A DNA stretch of 64,000 nucleotides from NCBI GenBank assembly GCA_964016885.1, contig OZ024740.1:268336001-268400000 (forward strand), written 5' to 3'. The DNA is from Eledone cirrhosa (taxonomy: Eukaryota). The notes below the pieces were generated by a model, which searched no databases, had not been told where the DNA came from, and saw nothing but the letters and a program-made list of their open reading frames with translations. The position numbers were made by a program, and so were the translations under genes. Below are positions 1 to 13,187 of the stretch, piece after piece (position 1 is the stretch's first letter; every line of letters begins with the position of its first letter).

Positions 1-16
1 ATATACATATATATAC

Positions 17-65
<49 letters not shown>

Positions 66-162
66 CATATATATATATACATATATATACATATATGTAT
101 ATACATATATATATATATACATATATTTATATACATATATATATATACATATATATATATAC

Positions 163-221
<59 letters not shown>
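1..221. repeat. (AT)n/(ATAC) microsatellite followed by short (GT)n
   Basis: Directly visible dinucleotide repeats. Confidence 0.97.
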
Positions 222-222
<1 letters not shown>

Positions 223-826
223 AACGTTAATATTACAATTTATATACCACTTATAATACATGTTTTCTTTGGTCATAAGATTTGTACCGTTTGTTTTCCG
301 ACCCCTGATATAAAAGCTCCTTCATTGACTGGGTTCGTACTTTGTCTTTCTTTTGATAATGTGACTTTTTTTTGTTTTGAAAGGCATTGACATCAAATAA
401 AAATAATTGACTAGTATCTAATAAAAACAAAACACACTAGTAAATGGAAAAGAAAATGAAGAAGGAAAAAGGATCAAGTAGTCTGAACGGTGCCTCAACC
501 GCGCCCAGCGGACAAAATGGCAAAAGCATTTTACAAATATAGTCAGGACATAAGTCCTTCTCAATTTTCAATTACAAAATTACAAAAATTCAGCTCTACT
601 CTTGTTTGTTTATGACTACACGACAATTGAATCCTCATTTTCTTTAGTATTTTACAATAAAGCCTTTATATATAGCAAACTTCTTATCTTTATTTACGTT
701 TGCTTACGATGAAGTGACATACGTCACATAAACTAATTTATATATACATGCGACATTGTGTTTAAGTAAGAAATCGATAGAATAATTTACGTGTTAATGA
801 CATCACTTCATTATTAACCGAAATGA

Positions 827-1028
827 GGGCGGTGGATTGGCAGTATCGGTAGAGAGTCGGACACCCTGCTTTGCAGCATAGAATTACGGTCCTTTACGGT
901 TTGAGTTCAAATCCCGCCGAAGTTAACTTTTTCTTTCATCCTTACGGGGTCGATAAAATAAAGCACCAGTAAAGTACTTCGCCCTAAAATAATTACTAAC
1001 CTTGTGCCTGTACTAGAAATCATTATTA
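827..1028 (+). mobile_element. tRNA-derived SINE, family 1
   Basis: A-box-like GGCGGTGGATTGGCAGTATCGGTAG, B-box GAGTTCAAATCCC, central TTTCATCCTTACGGGGTCGATAAAATAAAG and an (ATT)n tail. Repeated more than 20 times in the window. Confidence 0.85.
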
Positions 1029-1446
1029 GCCAAAATGGAATAGTTTTGAAATATATTTCCTACAGGATTAGAAAAACAATTCTATGAAAAGATTTTCATG
1101 AGAACCTCAATTGCAAAATATCTGGTGTGATATGATTAAATATCTAACTCATTTTTCAGGGATCTAATTGGTGGTCACGTAAAGAAGCGTATGGCTGTTC
1201 CATCTATTTGATTGTGATTACCAGCGAAATACTATAGCTACTTAAATAGAATATACTTAATAAGATACAAAATAATTAACCAGTATTTAAATGACACATT
1301 AGATTATAATTAAGACCGGTGGGCTTCAGCCTTACTTTAGAAACATATTCTCAGCATTGCAAGCCAGTGAAACATTTTTCAGTTGTGCAATAATCTCACA
1401 ATTTACATTGATAATATATACCATCCAATACCACCTATTTGTGTAA

Positions 1447-1702
1447 GTGTGTTGGACTTACGATCATAATGTCGTGGGCTCGATTACTGGGTTGCGTGTT
1501 GTGTTCTTGAACAAAAAACACTTCATTTAAAGTTGCTCCAGTATACTCAGATGAAGATGAATGCCAGCAACAGCTGGGCATTTAACCCAGCGATGGACTG
1601 GCGTCCTGTCCAGGGGGCTAGTCTTGTACTTTCAGTCGCTTCACGCCATGAAACCGGGATAAGCACCGGCCAAATGAGCCTTCTGGCTTAAGACAGACTT
1701 AG
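1447..1702 (+). mobile_element. tRNA/CORE-like SINE, family 2 (degenerate)
   Basis: B-box-like GGCTCGATTAC, then GTGTTCTTGAACAAAAAACACTTCATT...GTTGCTCCAG shared with copies at 23.1, 30.2, 32.3, 48.2 and 61.3 kb. Confidence 0.65.
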
Positions 1703-1919
1703 ACTACCTATTTACAGCTAGATGGACTGAAGTTTCGACAGGTATGTCAGTTACAACATCAGTAACAAAATATGAAACATTAGAACTTTGGAGCCTATCC
1801 AGTATTGCATTGAAAAGATATGAAAAATATACACGAACATCAGAAACCTAGTTTGAACACATCATCGTCAGCTTATTATATAAAACTTCCAGCATCTTTA
1901 TAAATAATATATATATAAG

Positions 1920-2150
1920 TCAGCTCGAGCAGGAGACTGAGGTTAGCTGCCCATGCTCACCGACATCCAGAGCTGACACTGCACTCAGTGCTACTATGGG
2001 AGCCTCTGCATGGACACATTGGAAGAGGGAGACCGAGGTTCACATATGTTGTCACTGGTCTCTTGGAGACGCAGGACATGGCAGCGATCATGAGGGACAG
2101 AGACCGCTGGAGAGAAATCGTCTATGGATCTCAGGAATTTTATCCGCCCT
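1920..2150 (+). mobile_element. 3' fragment of an RTE-like non-LTR retrotransposon
   Basis: Translates to RRLRLAAHAHRHPE...LLWEPLHGHIGRGRPRFTYV...MRDRDRWR, typical of RTE-clade ORF C-termini (GRP motif, DR..WR). Confidence 0.7.
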
Positions 2151-2230
2151 ATATATATATATATATATATACATATAATATATACACATATATATACATA
2201 TATACACGCATATATATATATATACAGTAT

Positions 2231-2307
2231 ATATTTATTAAAATAACAGATTAAAGTTTAAGCAAAGATTCTTTGCTTAAACTTTAATCTGTTATTTTAA
2301 TAAATAT
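2231..2307. repeat. Perfect fold-back palindrome (38-bp arms, 1-nt loop)
   Basis: ATATTTATTAAAATAACAGATTAAAGTTTAAGCAAAGA-T-TCTTTGCTTAAACTTTAATCTGTTATTTTAATAAATAT. The right arm recurs at about 34333-34368. Confidence 0.95.
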
Positions 2308-2410
2308 TTGCTCTACGGTTCTTATATATTTGATATATATTTATCCTTATCGAGCCCCTTTGGATTTTAGTCTTCAAATTTATTTTATTACTATATAAAA
2401 TTTATTTTAT

Positions 2411-2450
<40 letters not shown>

Positions 2451-3953
2451 CATACATATATATATATAAAGTGTGGTAAGGAACCAGGTGGACCATAACG
2501 TACCAGAGTACTCGATACTTAGGGTAGTAGAGTATATACATATATACATACATACATACATATATATAAGCAGAGTTTAATAACACTATTTATTATAGCT
2601 AAGTAATGAATCTTGTTACACTTGAGGTTCAAATATATAAACAGTGTAGAAAGAGAACTGAAATAAATCCTGCAGTAGGAACATTACCAACAATTGTCAA
2701 TGAATATCATCACTACGTAAGCACTACACATCTAAATGAGACATATCCTGAATGTACACACACAGTTGAACATTTAACATTATCTATAATCTATAAAGAT
2801 CTTTTGCAGTAACCACAAGAATTGCATCGCAAATGCTAGGTTTCTACTTCAAAGACAGAAAATAGTTTAACATTTTTACTGATACTCAACAACACACAAG
2901 TCTGCTACACATTAAATTATTTGTTTACATATCTGGGATGCTGCCACTACCACTTGACAACAATTTTACGCCACGCAAAAATAATTGTCTGCCAGAATGG
3001 CACGCCTTCATTCTTTAAAATCAGCACTAAGTAAATGATGCTCTGAGTTCCCGTTCGATACCTTCTAGTGCTATTACAATGAGCTTGTTCACACACCAGC
3101 TGTAGGTTATCTCTGCTTAAAACCACGGGAAGTACCTGTCTCTTCTTCTCTCGTCCCGATGGTTTCACGTTTCTTCTAATTTTAGTAGTGAGTGTGTGCA
3201 AATATCTTACGCAGCGCAAATGTTTTACCAGGTATAATAGTATGTACGCCTATGTGAATGTATAATTAATATAATTATTACTATTACATTATTATAGGCA
3301 AGCAAATTTTTGCATGCACATTAATTGCTTGTGTGTGCATTACTTTTTATAGTGCGTTGGTTACAAATCGTGTCCGCACACACACGTGCGCATTATGAAA
3401 AATTAGATAAAGCATATTCATCCTTCTAAAATTATCTTCTTCGCTCATGTTTTTCCACTCAAATACCAGCCTTTAGATGTTCAAACAGTACACCTACTAT
3501 ATCATCCTCATCAAGATATTGCTTCCTGTTTCCCCGGGAGAACCTATAAAAACCTAAGGACTCCGTTTCCCATGGTCAAAATAAACTGATAATAAATAAT
3601 TACATAATATTGTTTGCATGGTACAAATAAACTAGCGGAATGATTAAGCTATTGAACTACTTCCTGATAGTTTAAGATCACATCCGTCTGCAAGCCTCTC
3701 ATCGTGTTCGTAGGAGATACACTTCATCTAATATGGGCTACGTTTAGATAGAAGTCAGATAAAACATTACTAGACTTTCTTGGTTAAGATTAATATGATT
3801 AAACACAACCATTGATAAATATGTCAAATAACATTTTTAGCACTCAAATAGATAATATAACGTTTATTTTACAATTTCGAAGCCTAATTTTTTGCCTGTT
3901 AATATGAAAATTTAATTGCATATATTTGCTGCCTTCTGAAATGTGTGTGGGGC

Positions 3954-4078
<125 letters not shown>

Positions 4079-4119
4079 TAATAAAATGTGGTTGCTCTTT
4101 TACAGAGAGCTGCAGCTAT

Positions 4120-5133
4120 TGTCGCATGTAGGACGGACCCGAATATCGGCCGACTCCATCAAGATCGCTCAGCCATCTAATTATGGCCGGGAATGGCAGG
4201 CAGTTTTTCTGTCTGTTGGCTGTAGGGAAAGAGGTTGTGTAGTGGATGCAATTGAAAATACTGAAGACAATCACCTTCTCCTTTGGCCAAGCCCTCATCA
4301 ACCTTTTCAAGATCTACCTGAAAAGGTAGACTCCCCGAATTAGTACATTTGTTAAAAGGTGGGTGGATGTAATGAGAATGGCCAGAATGAATAGGTTTAC
4401 TCTGATCATGTGCCTGTAGGCTGGAGAGTTCAGAAAGGAGGGGGAGGGGGGAGGGTCACCTTCCTAGCTCCGAATACTTTTGGTGATTAGGGTATCTTCG
4501 GATCTGTGGGGTTCCTAAATCACCCATGTGTAGCACTCCTTACTATTGGGGTAATCTGTTGTTATTTATTTATTGTTAATTGTTTACTGTTTTCCTTTGT
4601 TTTTACACATTTTATGAAAATCCCCACCGTCGCTGTTTTTATATTGTCCTTTATCTTTCGGCCCTGTGGCCTATAAAGAAAAATAAATAGCAATAACAAT
4701 AATAATAATATTCCAAGCGGTTCATTGACAACGTCCCTACTCTGAGTTTCACATATACTCTATTACATGTTTATGTGTGTCGCACAGATTTTAATCTCAT
4801 CAAGTCATCTCACAAATCACTTTGTTCTCGTTTACATTTATATATTTTTAATTAGCATATATGCTTACATGATAACCTATTACGTAACTATATTTCTTCT
4901 TATTCTGCTGCTGCTGCTGGTGGTGGTTCAGGGTTGGTGGGGTACCTGAATCAACCCTGAGTGGTTATCCCCTCTATTGGGGAATTTTGATTGTTGTATT
5001 TTTCTTATTTATTCTATTGTTTTCCTATTTTTTACTCGAATTTTATGTAAAACCTCACTGTCCTCGTATATTGTGTTTTCCTCTATATGTCGGCCCTTGT
5101 GGAGAATAAATGAAACCATTATTACTATTATTA
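4120..5133 (+). mobile_element. Two degenerate 3' ends of an L1/Tx1-like LINE family
   Basis: Share ...CTATTGGGG(T/A)AAT... and GGCCC(T)TGTGG..(A)ATAAA plus an (AAT)n/(ATT)n tail with the minus-strand LINE end at 32880-33200. Confidence 0.55.
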
Positions 5134-5139
5134 AGTAAT

Positions 5140-5892
5140 AATGAGTTCAAATCCAGCCGAGGTTAACTTTGCCTTTCATCCTTACGGGGTCGATAAAATA
5201 AAGTACCAGTAATGCACTGGGTAATTGCTGGCCTTGTGCCAAAAGTAGAAACAATTATTACTATTATTAAGGGCGGTGGATTGGCAGTATCGGTAGAGAG
5301 TCGGACGCCATGCTTTCCAGCATAGTTACGTCCCTTTACGCTCTGAGTTCAAATCCCGCCGAGGTTTACTTTGCCTTTCATCCTTACGGGGTCGATAAAA
5401 TAAAGTACCAGTAATGCACTGGGTAGTTGCTGGCCTTGTGCCGAAAGTAGAAACAATTATTACCATTATTATCATCATAAGGGCGGTGGATTGGCAGTAT
5501 CGGTAGAGAGTCGGACACCACGCTTTTTAGTATAGAGTTACGGTCCTTTATGGTCTGAGATAAAATCCCGCCGATTTTAACCTGCCTTTCATCCTTACGG
5601 GGCTGATAAAATAAAGTACCAGTCACAAACTGGGTCGATTTCATCGACTTTCCCCTCCCACAAAATTGCTGGCCTTGTGCCTATATAAGAAACAATTATT
5701 ATGAATTGGCAGTATCGGTAGAGGGTCGGACGCCATGCTTTCCAGCATAGTTACGTCCCTTTACAGTCTCAGTTCAAATCCCGTCGAGGTTAACTTTGCC
5801 TTTCATCCTTACGGGGTCGATAAAATAAAGTAATCAGAAATGTACTGAGTAATTGCTGGCCTTGTGCCAAAAGTAGAAACAATTATTATTAT
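5140..5892 (+). mobile_element. Head-to-tail cluster of about 4 family-1 SINEs
   Basis: Four copies of the TTTCATCCTTACGGGG(T/C)..GATAAAATAAAG core separated by (ATT)n tails. Confidence 0.9.
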
Positions 5893-6520
5893 TTTTTTTC
5901 TTCTTCTTCAAACACCCCATGGTAATAAAGCAAATGTACTTGGTGTACATGTGTGTCATGAAATAAAACGTAAAAAAAAAAATGACGTAAACAACTCACG
6001 TTAAAAACTAGAACATCATGATAAGTCATGAAAATAAACAATAACCTTTGAGTTTCTAGTCATTCAACCGCTGGAAAATAGAATATTTCAATATGTTTTC
6101 TGCTTTTCATACTGCAAATATTTTTCGCACGTTCAGAAATGATTATTTTTATAAAAAAAATAATTTTTATACGTTTACTGTATTTTCTTATATTTTTTCT
6201 TCGTTACATATGAATTGTACTTTTTATTATTATATTATCAATGAAAGAAAATTAATGCTAAATATGTTGTGTTAGCAAAATAATTGATTTTTGTTCACAT
6301 CGGGAATCTTTTCTTTCCTTAAAAAGAATTTCGTGTATAAAATTTACATTTGATTAAGTTGACTTAAATCGAGATAGAATGCTTATTATTCCATTATTCC
6401 ATATAGTCTTTTTCACACACACTATCTGTCAAGTTAACATAATTTTCAGAATCGTTATTCACTATTGCTAGACACAATCTTGTCCACAACTCTAAATGCG
6501 ATTTGTTGTAAAAAAAAAAA

Positions 6521-6691
<171 letters not shown>

Positions 6692-6829
6692 CGTGTGTGT
6701 ATGTATGTATATTTATATATATATATATTATGTCGGGTCACTCTTGAGTGCTACTGGTAACATATAACCCAGTACAATCTGTCGCATGGTCGAGTCGTCG
6801 GCGACTAAACCGAAAAACCTCAACAAGTT

Positions 6830-7400
<571 letters not shown>

Positions 7401-7489
7401 TTTAATAACAAAGAGGGTGTGGTAAGATACCGAGAGGATACCGAGTCAATACTTAGGGTAGTATATTGGGTAATGGGAAAAGAGTCAAT

Positions 7490-7930
7490 ATTCTTATAGA
7501 ATTCCAATAATAATCAGGAGCTGATTATACAGAGCGATTGCCGGTCCAGGAAAAATTAGGTATTAGTTTTTAATTAAACATACGGTATATTGCCAAATAT
7601 ACTATACATACTTTCATGTATACATCGCTATTTCAGAGCACCAATACTAATACCTAATTTTTGCTGGACCGGCAATCGCTCTGTATAATCAGCTCCTGAT
7701 TATTACTGGAATTCTATAAGAATCCAGCTGCTATAATTTTCGGCAAAGGCAGGTGAGTGCGTGGCTTTGATAAACGCTAATCAGCGAGAAACAGTTGTCA
7801 GCCTCTCTCCCAGTCTTTGCCGAAAATAAACAAGTGACATAGTCACTACTTTAAAACTGATAGAGAATGGTCTTCTAAATGTGTTTAATTAAACATACGG
7901 TATATTGCCAAATATACTATACATACATTC
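7490..7930 (+). mobile_element. PLE pLTR-like cassette with inverted and tandem partial copies
   Basis: 7490-7567 is the reverse complement of 7646-7723 (2 mismatches). 7568-7605 directly repeats 7884-7926. Hammerhead motif at 7763-7803. Confidence 0.7.
7763..7803 (+). ncRNA. Minimal type I hammerhead ribozyme motif (U3-A8 variant)
   Basis: GGCT-TTGATAA-A-CGCT/AATC/AGCG-A-GAAA-CAGTTG-TC-AGCC: stem I GGCT/AGCC, stem II CGCT/AGCG, cleavage triplet GTC. Confidence 0.65.
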
Positions 7931-7932
7931 AA

Positions 7933-7983
<51 letters not shown>

Positions 7984-7984
7984 A

Positions 7985-8212
7985 AGTCTTTCTCAAGCCC
8001 GATGGCTCATTAGGCCAGTGCCAATTCTGGTTTCATTGGTGCTAGGCAACTGAGAGCACAATGGGCCAGTCCATTGCAGCGGGTAAAACCCAGCTTTTAC
8101 TGGCACTCATTTCTTTGTTGAGTATACAAGCAACGTGAAATGTTTCGCTCAAGAACACAACACGCAACTCGGTCTAGGAATCGAACCCACGACATCATGA
8201 TTATAACCAATT
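7985..8212 (-). mobile_element. Family-2 tRNA/CORE-like SINE (degenerate)
   Basis: Reverse complement of the 1447-1702 type (GCTCAAGAACACAACACGCAAC...GGAATCGAACCCACGAC). Confidence 0.6.
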
Positions 8213-8429
8213 AGGTCCCCTGCCAATCGTTAAGTGTTCGAAACACCTGGGCAAGTTTTAAAATTGAAATGTATTTGCTTTTGTTATGAAAAGCTGCCAC
8301 AATTAATATACAACAATACCATATAAGAAATATATCGGGTAAATTACAACTGAAGACAGAAAATGGTGGACAGAGACGACGGTGAGAAACAAAGCCCAAA
8401 ATATTATTGCATTTTATAATTGCTATATA

Positions 8430-8627
8430 CAAGGGTAGGCTGAAATGTTCATAGATGGACAATGAAGGAGTGATGCTAGAGCTGTGAAATCTTGCATGTA
8501 TTAATTTCAAGGCTTCATATTAATAACTGCTTTGTTACTTTCCAAGGACTATGTTGAAAAATAAACCTCCTTTGGTTATTCTGAAAGAGTATCTTAGTCA
8601 GCCTATGAACTTTTCAGTCGATCCTCG
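8430..8627. mobile_element. Tc1/mariner-type MITE (about 198 bp)
   Basis: Imperfect TIRs of about 30 bp (CAAGGGTAGGCTGAAATGTTCATAG / CTATGAACTTTTCAGTCGATCCTCG), TA on both sides. Second copy at 22415-22612. Confidence 0.8.
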
Positions 8628-8893
8628 TATTTTGCGCATCTCAAGATATAGAGCAAATATCAAAACCAAAAAGCTGAAAGAAATTAATTTCAACATTCCA
8701 AACCTGATAAAGAAAACACACCTAATGAATCTGAAAGCAAAAATTAATTGAAATATATATGGGGTTTTATACTACCTACTATCGACTTAATGTGACATGC
8801 AATTATCGAATAAGATTAGAAAAAGACCTAACTATTATATTCACAATCTTCATAGCATTATTCCATGATATGTCGTTGTTAATGTTTTCTTAA

Positions 8894-8924
<31 letters not shown>

Positions 8925-10746
8925 GACATAGTCAGTTAAACAAGACAAAAATTATCATTCCATTCGTTTAGCATATTTATAGAAATAATGTATCACTGGT
9001 ATACTTATTCATGGCATAAAACATTAATTCAGTTTCGTTTATATTCGATATTATTTTCGGAATCCTTACATACGAGATTTTCCATCAGAACTATAAAATT
9101 TCTGCTTTACCCTATATTTCTTACGAACTGACAGGAATATGTTTTCTTAAAATAACTCTTGGCAAATGTCCAAGTTATGGAGAAAAGATCAAAATACTTT
9201 AATTCTCTTTTTATTTCTTATTTCTCTATTTTTAGAATAATTTAATTAGTGCACTAAATACTTTCTTCGAAAGAATATCTTCTTTTGACACAACGACGTT
9301 CCATATCCTTTTTTGCAACACCTTTACAAGAAATTTTTATAACACACAGGAAAACTAAGCATATTTATATTATTATACTGGATATAGTTTCATAATATCA
9401 GCAACAACAACTGAAAAGCAACTGCAGAATTTGTGTTCACGGTCGGCGACTTCAAAAGAAGATCAAAGCTGCGATATGCCTTCATTTACGTCAATATCAC
9501 CAAAATCGCTAAAAGAAAACAAAACAAAAACAAAACATACCTGAATCTAGCCGTAAGCTACTGCAACTCGTGCCCTACTTTCAACTCTTATTCTAACAGT
9601 GTATTCATTTATTCCGTAGCCGCTCATTTACTCAGTTTCCACTCATTTATTTCGTTGCCTCTACGTCTTTCTTCCCCCCTCCCTTGTCTGTCTACCTCTC
9701 ACTCTTCTCTTTCTCGTCAGCATCTTATGTATGTTATTTTTTATTGTTGATTGGCAAGAAAAAGAAGAGGGGAAAGTGGATAAGTGCGAAGTCGTATATT
9801 TCCATTACGTTTCAATTACTGAGAGATATTCAATATTAGAATGAATATTTTCAGACTAGTGAAAAAAACAACATATGTTTGAGTGAAAGTGACCTTAGAA
9901 TTAAGCTATCAACTGTTGTTTATTGATAAGCATAATCTATTGTATCTACCTTCGCTAGAACTGATAACTGACAACCAATATAAGCCCAATGTTTTAACTC
10001 TTAAGGGAGATAAGGAAGTTATTGAATAATTTGGCATAATTCTGTGACGCACGTTGTGTTTAAGTCAATCAGGAACTCCTGTTTTTATAGGAGAATTGCT
10101 ATGAAGTACGTTTTATGTATGCTATGCGTACAGATACTAGCGACGAATAGAAAAACTATTGCAAAATCAAAGCTGTTTTTCTCGTAATAAACTTGCATTT
10201 ACTCTGTAGTGTTCATCGCGAACGGTGCATCGTGTATGTGTCCTATATATTAAGGGAGGAGTGTGGTGGACTTCATTTGATCCCAGAACATTGCTGGTTT
10301 AATCTAAAGATTATTCAGTTTTTATTTTTTGATGATGAAAATAGAAATCAACCACGACGAAATTTTCAAAGTAGAATCTACCGATTCAGCCGAACAGACC
10401 ACCGTATCAACTGTTATATTGACAATCTGATAAGTGCCAGACAGTAGAGGTAAACCTTTAGTGATCCGGTTTCAAACTATGAATTATATTATGACAATAT
10501 AATAGTTGTTCCCCACAGGCCCTCCACAGGGATTGAATACACAGTTTGTCTATTCAGAAATCCATTACGGAAATGCCTTGGTTTTCAACATATGTTGCAC
10601 CCTCTACCATGCAATCAAAAATTTGGCAGCATCTAGAATTCTTGACCAATGTATGGCACAACATTGACTTCTTTTATTGCGCCAAAACAATCTATATCGT
10701 CCCGAAGCTGTTCTACAACCAGGTAACCAAAGCAGTGATAATGTTA

Positions 10747-11226
10747 CAGACTTGTCAACTCTCCCCGTACTACGGGGAGATCTCGCCCCACTTTAGGATG
10801 GGTGAGAGATATCTTCTCTTGTGAAAATAGGTATAGCTTTCATTATATAAAATCTCCACATTTTGCCTCATTTCTCCCCGTTTTGTGGCATATTTCATGG
10901 GATTTTAGAGATTGGCAGATCTGTGTAATATATTTTGCTATTATCAATCCTTCCATAGCAAATATTCGAGTTTGAATTTTGGAAATCCGTAAAAAAATGG
11001 CAGTGTTAACAACTAATGTTTTGTTTGTATTCCGTATGGTCATGTGATATTTTCTAGACTTTTTTTTATTCGTTTTCTTCATTATGTCACATTTTATTCG
11101 TTTTCTTCATTATGTCACATTTTATTCGTTTTATTCATTATGTCACATTTTGTCCCATTTCTCCCCGTTTTGGGGCACCTTTTTCGTGGTACTCCCTATT
11201 TGGGATTTTAGAGGTTGGCAGGTCTC
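10747..11226. mobile_element. MITE / non-autonomous DNA transposon
   Basis: TIRs CAGACTTGTCAACTCT / AGAGGTTGGCAGGTCT, a duplicated right end at about 10870-10924 and an internal repeat of about 28 bp x3 (11066-11151). Related left end at 63918. Confidence 0.65.
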
Positions 11227-12902
11227 ACACTAGAGAGTCCTGAAAAGATGTATTTATAATCAGTCACTCCGCTGCCATATGGTTACACATAGAGCAATGT
11301 TTTTTTTTTATCGGTAAGTATGTGTGTGTAGAGGGGTGTCACTTTAGAATATTTCGTTTTACCGCTAATTGAGTCTAAAGGCTGTCATTTCTGTTGGAAG
11401 CTGCTACAGTTATCAATTATTTTAATTTCACGTGTTGTCATGCCCTCATTCCAACTTTATCACGATCTTATGATTTCTGCATTCATTTCATTACTTTTGA
11501 AGAATTCTTTCAGTAGCTCTGCACTGTAGGAATGTCTTCTTACAGCTTAGAACACGAAGCAGTGTTAAGACTATGCACGAATAATTAATAAAGCAATATA
11601 TTGTATCTTTCTCAATTAAAGTTCTCTTTTTCTGGAATAAAACAGGCTGCATGTAGTTTTCTTTTTTTTATATAAGACTTCTTCTCTTTGTTACTGATGT
11701 TGCTATTCATTAAACAACAGTTTAAGTCACATGCTAGTATTTTAACAAGAAGAAAATCAAGCTATAATACTGTTAATTTAGGCCTTTCTTTTGCCTCGTC
11801 TACATAGGCCAAAAGAAATTATATTTACAGGGGAGCGGAAAAAAATAAAAAGTAAGATGTCATGTTTATGTTTATTTATTTGCTTGCAGTTGATAAATTA
11901 AAAGGGAAGTAATTGTAATTTGACTTCCGTTGGAAGTTGAACTCGCCTCACCCATGTTTTCCGCAAAAGTATTTCTTCTGTTCTGCCTTTGTGTGGTAGC
12001 ATTGTAAGAGCTCACTGCAAAAATTGTTAAGATTACTATAACTGCTTTAGTGAGACGGAATGTTGTATTATGGAAAAAGAACAAAGTAATAGTTCACTTT
12101 GTGATTGACGAGCCTAATTTTCAAATTTAAATAATTGAGCAACATGTATTTAACCATTCAAGAGAATGCACCCCTCTCCACTTACCTTCGTTTTTTTTTA
12201 ATGAAACGCCTTCGAGTTGTAGGTTAGATTCGTGGATAAAACACGAGTGCTTTAATATGGGCATTAGTTCTATCATGTAACGAACATTGAAATGAAGGTT
12301 CTTGCTCAAGAAACCATGCTTTCAAGAATCAAACACGCAGTGAGTCTAACACCCTAATCTATACAGTTAATATTTCTAGCCTCTTACATTATTTTAAGTT
12401 ATATATTTGTATGATGTTGCTCTTTCGTTGTTTTTGTTCTGACCTGCATAACTATGCTCATATTGTCATATATGTGCTTATTTCTGACATCCAGTGAGAT
12501 GTGATAAGTATATTGGAGCAGTTCATGTTACAACATAGGTTAAATAGTTCAAATTATCTATACATGCATATATACATACACATGCGTGTGCATCTCTCTC
12601 TCTCCTTTCTCTCTTTATATATATATATTCAGTTTTTTTCGTCGCTTTGGTCACTGCTGCTCGCCTATCGGTCGCTGTCTTCAATTTGCAAAGCTGTCTA
12701 AACGTAATGTTATAACTCTAAGGTAATATACCTTATTGAGTGCTTAGCTGCACATCCCAATTACATCCGTTAGCTTAGCTGCAGCCAGAGCTTCGATTAT
12801 GCTGTACAAAATTTAGTATTATTATCTCCAAGACTTAATGATTAATTGATTAATTTAATTAGACAATTCTATTGATTGGTTAATTGTTTATGTTTGTTTA
12901 AT

Positions 12903-13083
12903 AACTGTTTCTACTATTGGCACAAGGCCAGCAATTACCCAGTACATTACTGGTACTTTATTTTATCGACCCTGTAAGGATGAAAGGCAAAGTTAACCTC
13001 GGCGGGATTTGAACTCAGATCATAAAGGGACGTAACTCTATGCTTCAAAGCATGGTGTCCGACTCTCTACCGATACTGCCAAT
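12903..13083 (-). mobile_element. Family-1 SINE
   Basis: Reverse complement of the family-1 consensus. Confidence 0.9.
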
Positions 13084-13187
13084 GTTTGTTTAATAACATC
13101 TAGTTGAGTGCTTTATTCGGTTTGTGTAAAGGAATTTATTCCTTTGTTCAAATTTTGAATTTGACCGCCAAAACCGGGGGTTACCTC

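Noticed and set aside
701-740. Hammerhead-like ACGATGA-AGTGAC/ATAC/GTCAC-ATAAAC
   Set aside because: Both core segments are mutated and stem I is missing; at most a relic.
827-920. tRNA genes
   Set aside because: The A/B boxes are SINE heads with no complete cloverleaf, always followed by the SINE body.
2925-3219. Minus-strand ORF or possible exon (MKACHSGRQLFLRGVKLLSSGSGSIPD)
   Set aside because: No recognisable domain and a weak splice donor.
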